From NCBI GenBank assembly GCA_001655205.1, contig LPNZ01008034.1, positions 1 through 36,158 of the forward strand: 36,158 bases of DNA, read 5' to 3'. Position numbers and translations under genes: made by a program. Of the stretch, positions 1-13,657 are shown in pieces; the first letter of the stretch is position 1, and each line of letters starts with the position of its first letter. This stretch comes from Lenisia limosa. Taxonomy: Eukaryota > Protista > Breviatea. The notes under the pieces were generated by a model. The model was given only the letters and a program-made list of their open reading frames with translations, had not been told where the DNA came from and ran no database searches.

Positions 1-98
1 GGGGGAAGTCAAGACAGTTCCATAAATGGAGTATGAGAATGTGAATATCAACCATTTCTGTCTTTTTCACCAAGTAACGCCAAGAAGCCACGGCTTAC

Positions 99-1888
99 GA
101 ATGAGGTTCTTGACCTTGATAGAGTAGGCAGGCATTGTGGGGAGCCTGTAACGTCCGCCTAGGATTGCCATTGGAGAGTCCTCGAAGGGACACGTGTAGT
201 AGCACAATTTATAGAGCAGCACTCCCATGGCCTGGGGGATGAGAATTGCTTCTCTTAAACTGTCCAGAAACATGTTAAAATATCTCATGCGGAAAGTCAA
301 GAGAATGACCAAGTCCTGAAGCCCTCCAATTAATGAGAAACTAGTGGATGATGTGTATCGCTAAGTTGAAGCAAACAAATTCATGGGCAGTCCTTGGCAT
401 ACCCAAATATCAGCTTGGACAGTTACGGGTACCCCGGAGTAAAAGTCACACATTTCGGGGGCCCTGTGGCTGTCAAAAAAAAAACGGAAGCTTCATCAAA
501 GAAATACTCTTGACAAAACTAGAAGAGCCATGGAATATCTGAGATCTCCACCATCAACCCCAACCTGTACGATATGGTGGTCGTTCTATTGATCTCTTCT
601 TCCGCATTTCCGATCTCAACCGACCCCTAAGGAGTCATAAGGGTAACAGGCCAAGGTTAGACGAGTTATACTATCGAAATGCTAGCTTATCTATCATAGG
701 CTAAGGTTTGCACAAATAAATAATCATACGACTGCAAGGTACACTAAGAATAAAAATAAAAGTCATTTTAACACGCATCATAATTGACTTCTTAATGTTG
801 CTCAGTTCTGCGAAGCCCCATAATACCTTCGGCGCCATTGTGTGGAAAGTGGATGACCCGAAGTCGCACAGTTTAAACACTTTGCGGCCGCCTGACTGCC
901 CAATGAGAAGATTCTCAACCTGGAGAGTCACGGAGTACTCAAGGCACACAACCAAAGAAGCCAAGGTAGAAGTAGCAAAAGAGTATGTCTTCGCGGTTGT
1001 TCATTCTTGTGATACCATCCTCTCACCCCCTCACCCTCCTATCAAATGTCCACCCTATCTGTTTTCCTTTTCAAACCCCGTTTCAAAAGCGTCTCAACAA
1101 CATACTTTTAAATCTCGATGAAGAAGAGGTGGAGATGTGCTGTGCAGATGTGCTAATCCTACACCGTTAACCAAATAGAAGCAAAACGGATCTAGTAAGC
1201 AGAGTAAGCTAGCTTCATCTCATTTTTCACCATACCTTCAGCCGCATCACAGAATACGTCCCACACAATGTTCTCGGGAAGATGCTGGTGCAGATATTCA
1301 TTCATAAGCTCAATCACCGTACCCCCTGGATTGTTGGGAAGAGGCAGAAACAGAAGAGAAAAAACACGTTTCGGAGTTATGACAGAGTGTTCTCCGCCCT
1401 CCAACCTGGACAAAGCTCCATCAAAATAGAAGCACAGTTTCCCTTTTCGGTCTTCTTGAAGTCCGCTTCAATGATTTGGACAATATTTTTGACACCCTTG
1501 TGCATTCGCTAACACAATAAAGAATATTTTAACAAAATGTCACAGAAGAATAAGTTGCGGATAATGCGAAGAATGCCACAATCTAACCATGACTGATACT
1601 TCATGCTGAATCTCCTTGAGGTGGCTCTTGTCCTAGAAGAGGAGTTAGAAGAGGACTGGCTTGAATGCCCTAACAAACCTGAACAAACACTCTCTTCAGG
1701 GCAAATTTCTCGTGTGTTATGATATCTTCAACTAGAAATACGAATGCATATCCACCTAATTAGAAAATATCAGTTCACAAAAAGGAAATGGTGTTGTACA
1801 AACCTTCAGCCAGTTGTTTTATAATTTTGACGGTCCTATTGCCAATTTTTTCCTTCTTAGCCCCAAGGGCGGTGCGAAGAAAGTTCAT
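99..1888 (-). CDS. NAK-family (AAK1/BIKE/Ark1-Prk1-like) Ser/Thr protein kinase, multi-exon, 3' end not resolved (probably continues beyond the left edge)
   Basis: Spliced minus-strand exons read [129 protein letters not shown]. The EEEIxxxTTxxYRAPEM and KLCDFGS motifs are typical of NAK kinases. All introns GT-AG. Confidence 0.9.
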
Positions 1889-2183
1889 TGTAAACTGCTA
1901 CTCCTCTCCTTGAGGAGAACCTTTATGAAGATTATCTCTAAGTATATTGACTGTAATCAATTATGAAAGCAGATTCTGATTAAATTTTGATGTTTTGTGT
2001 TTTGTGTTAAAAAAAAAAATACCACGCCGCCGGTGGTATTCAAATTTGGTGAGAAAAATTATGTCCGCTTCTTTCTTCTTCTTCATGTGCATATATTTTA
2101 TTTTATAAATTTTAAGTTAAATGCGGATTACATCGCGCAATATTTATTATCAATTAGCCAAATAGCTCTCTACGATCTCCCAA

Positions 2184-2750
2184 ATGTCGATGGCATTTAT
2201 CAAAAGCCGAACAGGCTACAACCACCTGGTGTATAGGTCCATGTTCGCAGCATCATATAGGAACAGGAATGTAACCGAGCATGTTTGTTGGGGCTTTCTC
2301 GTTGATAGCTTTGTTCCAAGCCTGTTTTGTTTGCCTGTGTGTTGTTCCAGTTCCTTATTGTGCAGTTTTCATCCCCATCAATACGCTGGGTGAGAGCCAC
2401 CACCACCTCTTCTGGAAGTAGTGAAATATGTGACAAGGATCCTCCTTTGGTTAGTTCTTCGAAGCCTGCCCAGGTGTATGCTTTAGACTTCTACTTCCCT
2501 GTCAAGGTTGGCTGTTGTCACATTGTGTTTTTTATTGAGGTAATTGGTCATCCAGGGTTTCTTTGTTAATACTTCAGAACATATCAAAGGGAGTTGCGCG
2601 AAAGATGGTTTCAGGGGTATGATCAACGAAAAGACCATTTGCCTGAAATAAGAAGATGGCAATATTTTTGATAACTGGTGATATGACAGTTGAAGTTCCC
2701 TCTATTTTGCTGGTGCTGTGGCCAGGTGTTTCTGTTTCTATTTAAATGTG
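2184..2750 (+). CDS. Putative small multi-exon gene, product unknown
   Basis: A run of short AG..GT-bounded segments of 24, 33 and 39 nt (about 2365-2388, 2474-2506, 2578-2616) plus one from about 2690. All preserve frame, and two frames stay open (FSSPSIRWVYALDFYFPVKNISKGVARKMVSGLKF or FIPINTLGVCFRLLLPCQEHIKGSCAKDGFRVEVPSILLVLWP). Start codon and frame are unresolved. Confidence 0.3.
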
Positions 2751-3106
2751 CCTGTGTTGAGGCTTTATGAATTTAGTTATGTTTTTTAAGATATTGTGGT
2801 CATACTATTGAATGATTCAACAAAAAGAAATCCTGGAATCCTGGAATTCGCAATTTAAGGTAGGGTGGTCACCAGGTACTATCCCCCCCCCCTCAGTTTT
2901 TTTTTTTTTCAAAAAAAAAAAACCTNNNNNNNNNNNNNNNNNNNNNNNNNNNNNNNNNNNNNNNNNNNNNNNNNNNNNNNNNTTCTCACAAAAGTTTGCA
3001 TAAGTTAAGAAATCATAACATAGTTGAATTGTTCTTCCTGAGATAAGGGTTGTAGTTTCCTGACTCCTGAGATAACAGTGGCGTATACTGGTTTCCTGAC
3101 TTCACC

Positions 3107-6100
3107 ATGCCAGATGAGCGGACTCCTTTGTTGGGTGAGTTGGGGTATGTACATTGGGGGAGGGGGAGTGTATTTTCATAGATATCCGCTAACTACTTGT
3201 GAGCTTAATATAAGTTGGTCATCATTTGACCATTTTGAAAACGCATGATTTTCGTTGTTGATAAAGTGAACTACTACTATTTTGTCACTTCGATAGGGGA
3301 GGGGTCCCCCCTCGGACTTGGCCTTTTCAACCCTGTTGACGAACCTCACAAGAGCTACTACAGTATGTTTTGGGATTCCAGTTGATCAAAAGAAAGAACC
3401 AATATCTTGACACTATCCGATTTTGTTGATATTTTGTCTTATCCGGAGACAACAGAAGAGAGAGTATTGTCTACTTTTATGAGGATTTGGGCTTTCCCTG
3501 ACAGCATGAAGATTTTTGTATATCTGGGAGAAGGGTAATTAGGATTTTTTAAGTTCAACCATGACCAGTGTAGGAGTTATTTTAGAGGAGGCTATTGATG
3601 TGCAGCGATCAGCCCAGACGATTTTGATGATTTCAGTTCCGGTCTCGGTGGGTGGCAATGCTGTATTTTTCACGGGAAGCAAATTTTCTATTTGAACAAG
3701 TTTTCTTTTCTATAAATCTGTTCTATTATCCAATATCTTCTATAAGCGTGATGGTTTCGACGGCTTCGACCAGATACTTCCTTTTTTTATTTCTCATCTC
3801 TATGATATCGATATGTTAAATATTTGCCATGTTTTTTTTTTTTTACAATTAAATTATGGAATGTATGGTTTTGATGAGATGTTTTGTTTGTTGAAAGATT
3901 CCAATTTTGAAGTATTGAATTTGGTAGTGCCACACGTCTTGATGGTCTAGGTTACAATGCTTCTTGGAGTACTTGTGGCAGTCATTCTAAAAGATGATGG
4001 GCAATTTGTGTATGTGGGATTGTTTTGTGATAGAAAACCCAATGGCTTGTGATACTTGTAACCTTGTGTAGTGGAGCAACATTCGAGCAACAACATGAGG
4101 AATCCGAGTCCGTTCTTTCAGCGCTTCAGACCTCTGTAACGATCATCTGTCTGTGGCTTGGGATATTGAGTTGTAATTTTGTGTCTTACTCTTCAGTATC
4201 GCTATGTGCCTTGACGTTTACATTTGTATTCTGTTTCAAAAAAGGGATGAGAAAAGTGAGTGTCCATGAGTAAATATTTTCTTGCTGCTATCTCTGTCTC
4301 TTTGTGATTGTGACAATTATAAATGATAGGGTATCGATGCTGCATCAGATAACCATTCAAGGTGATGCTTGCCTGGTTCCTTTTCAGCCTAACCTGCATT
4401 CTCACGGTCTTCGGTGGCGATACTCTCATCCGGCTGTTTCGTCACATCAATGCCCCGCTTGACATCTACACCTACTACTTCCTTCTTGGTAAGTTTCAAG
4501 GGACTGTATATGATGTGGGGAGAAATAAGAAAATTTATGAAACAAAGAAGACCAAATCAACTCTGTTAGCTAAAGGGTGGGGGGTGCCAAGGGGTAAGGG
4601 GAGGAGGGCTACTTGACGATATCGAAGTTTGGGGGTATAATACTCAGCCATTTCGTCAAACAATATACTCTGAGATACAATGGACTTAAAATGGTTTGTA
4701 AGGGGGACTCAAGACACATCATTTGATATCGAGAAGATTTTACTTTTTCTTGAGTTGTATTGACACCTTGACCTTTTGTTATGCATATTTGTTGTTTTTA
4801 AGTTATTTCTAGCAGGCAGCGTGATATTAGACTGATAAATATTAAATTGATATTTCCAAGAAATCAATCTATCCTCTGACTGTTTAGGCAACTTGGTGAT
4901 AGGCGGTGGTATTGCTCTTTTCTTTCCGGGGCCGAGAAAAGGCCTTCATCTCTTCCTAATTGTTATATCAGTCCTTATGGTAGGGTTAAGGATCAGATTT
5001 ACTTGTTGCTTTCGCCCTAGTATTCCCTGTTCCATTGCTTTCTTATAACATCTTTAGAGTGTGTCGTTTTCGACATTCTCTGAGTGGACAACATGGCTTC
5101 TTGTGGGCCTACTCGCAATCTACGGTGTGCACACATCATTATAATAGTGGTAAACAAATAAAAAGATCTCCACTGTCCTCTTTTATCATGTGATGTCACG
5201 GGTGGAGATGAGGTTTCTCATAAATCGGAGAATTTATCACCCAATTTAGATATGATTGCCGTATTCAGTCCAAAGGGTCCCTTGCGAATGCTGCTTGATG
5301 CTGCCGCTGAAAGCGACCAACCCATTACTGCTCTAGTTTTCTCCAGTAGTTGGGTTGCATTATTGAACATCCGGATTTACTACATAAGATACGAAATGTA
5401 CTTCATATTACGATATTAGGACTCGTGTTTTTGGGAGTATTTTTATAATATTATTCTTTGTGATGGTATGAACGGCTTCGGCCAGATACAACTTGATTTT
5501 TTTTCTCTCATTTCTATATTATATAAAAAGGCGATCAAGAGACTGACGAAGCAGTGGACAATTCGGCCCCAGCCCGGTTAGCAAAGTGGTACGATGGCCG
5601 CCCTCCACCGCCCCTCATAACAGTCATCGATTCGGTCCATATCGGCATCGGAGACTTTGTGTTTTATTCCGTACTGGTGTCACGAGCGTGGCTTTCTGGT
5701 GCGGACGGTGATGGGCCCTGGTTCAGAATTGAAGACGGCTACTTGTTGTTCCTTTGTGAGAAAATGACCGTAGCAATCAATGGTATCATTATGTCATGTC
5801 TCGATTTAAATGTGAAACCACAATATTCTGATTGTGTTATAAACGTTGCATAATGGTTTAGGTGGTCCGATAGCAGCTGTTATTGCAGCGTCAGCAATTC
5901 TATGCGTAAGTAGTGGGCCCATAGAATGGTTTTGCATCAAGACCCTTTTGGTATTATATGATATAGCTGTATATAAATCATATATTATATATATATTATA
6001 CTATGTATCCTACATGACTATTCAGGGACTTTGCCTGACATTTGTGCTGCTGGTTGCTACTGGAAAGGCGCTCCCGGCCCTACCATTTAGTATCCTCTTT

Positions 6101-6181
6101 GGCATCCTGTCCTTTGTCCTCTACCACTTCGCTTTGGAGTCTGCTCTCAAGGGCCTTGTTGAAGAGGGCCTTGCGTTCTAG
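3107..6181 (+). CDS. PSEN: Presenilin (gamma-secretase catalytic subunit, peptidase A22A), divergent, with short N-terminus and short loop
   Basis: Spliced exons give [130 protein letters not shown]..GLAF*. The YD and GxGD catalytic aspartates and the PAL motif are all present. Confidence 0.95.
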
Positions 6182-6343
6182 TCTTAAGTATCTGTTTCTT
6201 AGTATTTAATGTTTGTTTCTTCTCATAGTATGTATGTAGTAATACCATTTTCCAAAAAAAAAAAAAATCACAGATTTTGGTCAATCGGTTATTGCAGTAT
6301 TTCCTGGACCCCCTTACCCCCCAAAGTCCTCTCCACTACGAAA

Positions 6344-8072
6344 TTAAATAGAGCTGTATCCTCGCCTCCTGCTGCGGAAAACGAAAAAGTAAACACCACC
6401 ACCAATAAGAGCGAGGGCTGCCGCACCGATTGCGATGAACTCCCAATGAGTACGGGATGAACTCGTCTTCTTAGCCTGCATGGTGAGGGGGGTTAGGCAC
6501 GATAATCGAATTTAGTTATCCCAACTTACATTGCATTCATCTATATCGCATGCGAATTTCGTAGCATATTCGAGTTCATAAGTGCAGTTGGCAGTTTTCT
6601 CATTGAAGGACACAATTGTGCCTGAGTTGTCAAAGGGAATACAACATATATTTGATCGCAGATGACGACTCCATTGTAATAATAAAAGAGGGCGTCGGCA
6701 TTATATTACCTCCAGTAAACCTTGAAAACTGTAATGAGAAAGGATATACTTATGTTGTCGCAATATAAGGTAATTATTCTTCCCCATCACTACACAAATC
6801 CCTTTAAACCAACCAGGCATTTCAGTCGTGGCACCACAGTCACATGAGTAATGAATATTCGTCTTCCAGTTGTCAACTGGGTGGTGATATTATTGTCACA
6901 AAGTTTCTAGTTTTGTCTGTTCAAACATTATATTGGATTGTGCTATCCTGATCTGAAGTTGTAGTAACCGAGACATACTTGAGTAGGGGCACTCAGTGGT
7001 GGTCTTGAGATGCTGCACGTATCCACTCGTTACATTCCAGGTCAGCTCTGACGAGTCGAGTAGCCCAATAATCTGATAACGCTCGATTCCTATTTGGTAA
7101 GGTTGCTACATCTTGTTGGTTATTTCAACCTAATCCACATATCCACTTATGTGGGAATAAACCAAATGATACCTTTTATATGAACCTGGTATCCCTATGT
7201 ATTGTTTGTTTCTCTAGATTTCTAATGTATATTATTTCTCTAGCAAAAAAAAACGGTCTATCCTATTTGAATAAGAAGTCAGCCGGATGATTATATCAGC
7301 AGATATGAAATATGAATATTCTCTTCAATAGCATACAAACAACACCTCCCCAACCAAGAAGGAACGATTTCAAACAAGCAACAGTCGGCTTAGTGCTGCA
7401 AGGTGCCGGTAGGTCAGTCAGTGGGCCGCATGGGTTGACAAACACTTCATACTCTGTGCCAGAGCGGAATGAGGCCAGGTCATTGACTGTTGCATTAATA
7501 AAAAGCAAGAAAAAGGCAATTAAAAGTCAAATCTCATTGTGTGGGCAAGATGACCACAGTCATTCTAATCATTGGGTTTTTTTACTGTCGTTGAAGCTTC
7601 AAATAATAAAGGAGTGTATTCATAAATGTTAATATAATATAACTACGCTTCATTTGTTGTATTTAAAAATAATAATCAATTCCAATATCCTATTAATCTG
7701 AGGCTGCAAATTGTGAACGCGAAATAAACTCAGTATTCCTAAAAAAAACAACAACAAAAAAAAAAAAAAAAAAAAAAAATNNNNNNNNNNNNNNNNNNNN
7801 NNNNNNNNNNNNNNNNNNNNNNNNNNNNNNNNNNNNNNNNNATAGCAACTAATGAAGTCGCGTGGCAGCTTTCAAATTACTCCAAAGTCACTCTCACTAA
7901 ATTCTTCAGTACTTAGGTCATTGAGGTCAAGCCCCGATTGTGTGCATTGAGGTCCGTCACTGGACAAGCAAGTCTGAAATGTAAGGCACTTTTCTCAAGG
8001 GATTTCCTTTCTTACGGTCACAATACATATAAGAAGAGTTATAAGCCATATGCGCAGGTTCGGGAGAGCCAT
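6344..8072 (-). CDS. Type I membrane protein with a mannose-6-phosphate-receptor-homology (MRH) domain, ATG27/CD-M6PR-like
   Basis: Signal peptide exon MALPNLRIWLITLLICIVT, then TCLSSDGPQCTQSGLDLNDL, YEVFVNPCGPLTDLPAPC..VAC, KTNIHYSCDC and NCTYELEYATKFAC (MRH-type cysteine pattern). A TM segment WEFIAIGAAALALIGGGVYFFVF follows, then the tail RSRRRGYSSI* (C-terminal YxxPhi motif, as in yeast Atg27 YSAV). Confidence 0.75.
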
Positions 8073-8517
8073 AGTGACAATCTTCGAAGTAGTGCAACAC
8101 CAACAATGATAGTTTCTCTACGAATATGTTATCTCTAGACGTATATGAGCGGTGTATGGTCTTCAGTTCCCGAAAATCAATGGCAGTCAAAAGGCAGTTT
8201 CATTTGGATTTATAGTATATAATACTGGTACAAGTCCACTTTAGCGGCAAATTGGCAAAGTGTGTTTCCCCGAGCCGGGCCCTTCATTGAAGGTCCAAAG
8301 ACTTGGACTAACCCACGGTTGGACCGGGGAAGCAAATTGTGCGTGCAAATCAGGTAAACAGTGCAAATTGTCTTGTCGTCATCAGGAGGAGAAGAGAGAT
8401 AGATAACAGAAGGAGGGAGAGTTAGAGAGTTTATNNNNNNNNNNNNNNNNNNNNNNNNNNNNNNNNNNNNNNNNNNNNNNNNNNNNNNNNNNNNNNNNNN
8501 NNNNNNNNNNNNNNNNN

Positions 8518-11500
8518 TGTCCTTGCGTTACTATTTGGAGCAGTCTTTTCATCGTCAAGTCATGACTACAATGTTTGCGACAGGCACTATCCCGAGTACC
8601 CGAAGGCGGCGTCAGACTTGACCCTTGAGAAGGCTGTGGTAGGTTTTCTTGTGCCTTTGCTATTAGCTAGGTGTCATTTCCCCTTCTTTTACAAAATAAC
8701 ACAGCAAAAATCTCCAAAGAACTAATAATGAAGACATACTTAACTAGAATACATTTTTCAAGAGCTGTACAGAAGATGTCTTTGATAATTCGCCATTGTT
8801 TAGCGGACCAGATTTCACAGCATTGCCCAATATCATCATTATAGTTTTGGCAGACGTAAAAGACAATGTTATAACTCTTATCTCCCAAGGTTGTGATTCG
8901 ACATGGCGATAGAATGTATATTAAACCGGAGACTTGTTGGGTAGACAACGAGAATGAGTGAGTGGGTAAAGCAATGTTTCTTAAAAATACATTTGCAATA
9001 GTGTAAAGCATTGGTGAGTTCAAGTTATCAGGCATTCATATCTCGCATGATAAGGCCTCGATTATATTCTTATATTGTAGATGGGACTGCTCAGGTTTCA
9101 GAAGGGTATTCACTGACAGCCCGGGAGATGAAGTTGTGACTAGGACTATGAGGTGGGATTAACCAATGAGATATAATAATACTTTTTTTTTGTTGAATGA
9201 CTGCGTATGTCTTGCAGTTTCAGCTTATGCAATACAGCCATTTACACTATGATCTGTTTCTTCAAACAATTTGTCAAGTTTTATGACTGGAATTTGATTT
9301 AAACAAGGAACTTAATACTTTTCTCAATTGTAGAATGGGTTCGGTACCTTCGTAGTAATATCCTAATTTATACAAGCTGTCCCGTTCAATCTTACTAATT
9401 TCTATTTTAATGCACATTATAGCATATGTATCATTTAATCCGTGGTGTAGGAAGGAGTTTATGCCTTTGCGGAACTACCAGAAGGGAAGTTGCATTCTCG
9501 CTGAACTTACCCCGAAGGGGCATGAGCAACATATGAAGGTATGTTGTGGGGGAAATCATATGAAGGTCTGTTTTGGGGGACATTGAGTGGTGTGTATACA
9601 AGAGGGGTTTCTATGGGAGAATATCTTAACATCTATTATTGTTACACAACCTTTTGCTTTTGATGTCACGTAACATATTGTCACATATTATGTACACTAT
9701 CACACAGAGCTATTAACACTCCATGAACAGGAATCAGCTAGATTCTAAAGACCACAATTTTTCTACACACATGCAGTATATAATGGTTTAGAACGGCAAA
9801 ACCTACCGGGATATCTACGTCAATCAGTATGGTCTTGCTCCTTCAGAGTTCAACGGAGATGACGTGTACGTTAGAAGGTGCGACCAACTAAAATTTAGTG
9901 GTTATGGTCATCTGCTCTCATTAATCATACTCTAGCACCAACAAATTTCGTACCATGAGCAGTGCTGACGCATTCATGAAGGGAATGGTGGGTGATGGAT
10001 GGCATAGGCTTAGATGCCCTATATTTCTCGATATGGCCATTTAAACCCACCTCAATGTTTATTTGATTGTATGTGAATTGATGAATTCAGTACCCAACCA
10101 GTGAATCCAGCGAGTATTCTGAGATTCCTGTTCACACCATGGATATCGAAGTAGGACTGGAAAGGGAACTATTCAGTTCAAGGGGATGACTTTGGTTGAA
10201 AATAATTCTGAAAAATTGAGCTTCATTGTATTTTCTATCGATTGGATAACGATTGTGGTTTACTGTGTAGATTGACGGTCTTGATCCTACCCCAACCGTT
10301 TGCCCCATTGTAGGCGGATTTGTTTCGTTAATATGGGACGACGCTTGGCAGTACACATAATCCCAATAGACTAGTTCCAATTGCCATCATATTGTAATTC
10401 ATTTTTGTATTTTGATTTCTAAGATCAAAGAAATTCAAGATTCGGCCGAAAATGCAACTGAGATGATTGATTTTCTGCACAACCACCAAGAATTCCTTGT
10501 AAGTTTATTTTTTGTTATTAGTTGTCTAACCTTTCAAGGACAAAATGAGGCACCTTTTTGGAACCGGGGATCAGTGGACTTACCAACGTGCTTTTGACTG
10601 TTGGTGGAAATATGGGGGGGTATTTTGACTTCTGCTAGATATCGAAGGCAGTTGCAAATCAATACGTTTATTCTCTCGCAGGTTTGACCACTCACATTTG
10701 CCATGATATGAAGCTTCCCAACGGTGTCACTCTTGACGATGTTAATAAGGTAACAAAGGGTCGATGTTAATAAGGTGACAAAGGGAGTGGAGACTGGGTT
10801 GATTTTTCTTTTTAGTTGGGACCAGTTTCACCTTTACACTATTTTTCTGAGTGAATTGGCAGTATTTACAAAGTAGATGAAATTCATTAAGCTGTGGGCC
10901 CTCAACTTCCGTATGACACACCCTTCAGCCCATATCGGTCTCACCGCTAATGCAGGGCAAATTATGGAGGTATGGAACACTCTTATTTGTTTACATTGGG
11001 TTTCAACCATTTCAACACTTACTCCATTTCAGGAATTGGGTTACCTGCTAAGCAACAAGCATACACCTAAGTTCTCCCTTGTCTCTGGACATGACTCAAC
11101 TGTGGGAGGCCTTTAATATATCGTACGACTATATTCCTCAATATCCTGTTGGTACATAATGGTGGATGGCTTTAGCCAGATACATTTATTACATTCTCTT
11201 CACCCCCCCCCCCAGCTATTCCCAGCCATTGCCGCTATTGCGAAGCCAGCAGAGGATTGGACCCCCTACGCCACAGCTCTTATTTTCGAAGTTTTCTCTG
11301 ATGACAGTAAGCTTTAATTTCTACCCAGCGTCGTTTGATCGTTTCTTAAGAGTTCTTTGTATTATATGAATTCTCTGATTTGTCTACCTTTCATTAACAT
11401 AGATGGCATGCAGTTTGTGCGAGCTCTTTTCAATGAGAAGGTCATCACAATGAGTGAGCGAGAGTATGATCAATCTGAACAATCCAACGGCAGCGTAATA

Positions 11501-11689
11501 ATTGACTGTGTTAGAATGTGGAGACCTTTGTACGGTGTCGGAGTTCTCAAGCATGATAAAGGTTTGGATGGCGCATTTAGAGGGGGGGGGGCACTACCCT
11601 TAACCGATTATTATGAAATTTTTCAATTTTATCCAATTCACTTGTAGGCGTTTTACCAGCCTGAAGGCTTCTGCAACGGGCACCTCTAA
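8518..11689 (+). CDS. Histidine acid phosphatase (branch 2; secreted/lysosomal type); start codon lies in the N-gap at 8435-8517
   Basis: Hydrophobic leader VLALLFGAVFSSS, catalytic RHGDR (VVIRHGDRMY, about 8889-8915), CILAELTPKGHEQH, VYVRSTNKFRTMSSADAFMKGM, the HD motif in FSLVSGHDST, WTPYATALIFEVF, VRALFNEK, ending ..CNGHL*. Confidence 0.9.
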
Positions 11690-11829
11690 TACGCCGACTA
11701 CCAAAGTGGGTATTGTAAAGACCAGTGATTGATCCCAATGATAATAAAGAAATGTTTTAATAAATAATTCCACAGCAGTACCGCAGATGGCAGAGGGTGT
11801 CACTTAGTTTGTGTGTTGAAATGCACTGT

Positions 11830-13296
<1,467 letters not shown>

Positions 13297-13657
13297 TTAC
13301 GCTGTCTGAAGCTCATTCATTCACGAGAGTTCTTTCCTTTTCCCCCCCAAACCTCTATCTGTTATCTGTCAACTATTGAATTTGTTGCGAAAATGTTGAT
13401 TGTAAATATGTAGGTTCCTCAACTTTTTTTTTTATATGATACAATTTTATTACACACCTAAACAAACACCAACCAAACAAACAGCAAAAGAGAGCAGCAG
13501 GGGCAAGGGGAAACGAAAACAAGGACAATAACCCGTCCCGGCCTTTTTATAAAAGAGGGGAATTTTTTTTTTGATCCTAACAGGAATTGTTGAGTATCCA
13601 GGTAGCGTTTTAAATCAAACGGGAAATTAAAGCTTAAAACGAGTTAGCAGCACTTGG

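Noticed and set aside
2018-2040. 8-bp hairpin AATACCAC/GTGGTATT upstream of the kinase start
   Set aside because: A single short inverted repeat, expected by chance in 36 kb, with no second copy or other support.
7741-7780. Poly-A tract as a possible retroposon tail
   Set aside because: It abuts an assembly gap, with no TSD or element body visible; the same applies to the T12-C-A12 run at about 2897-2922.
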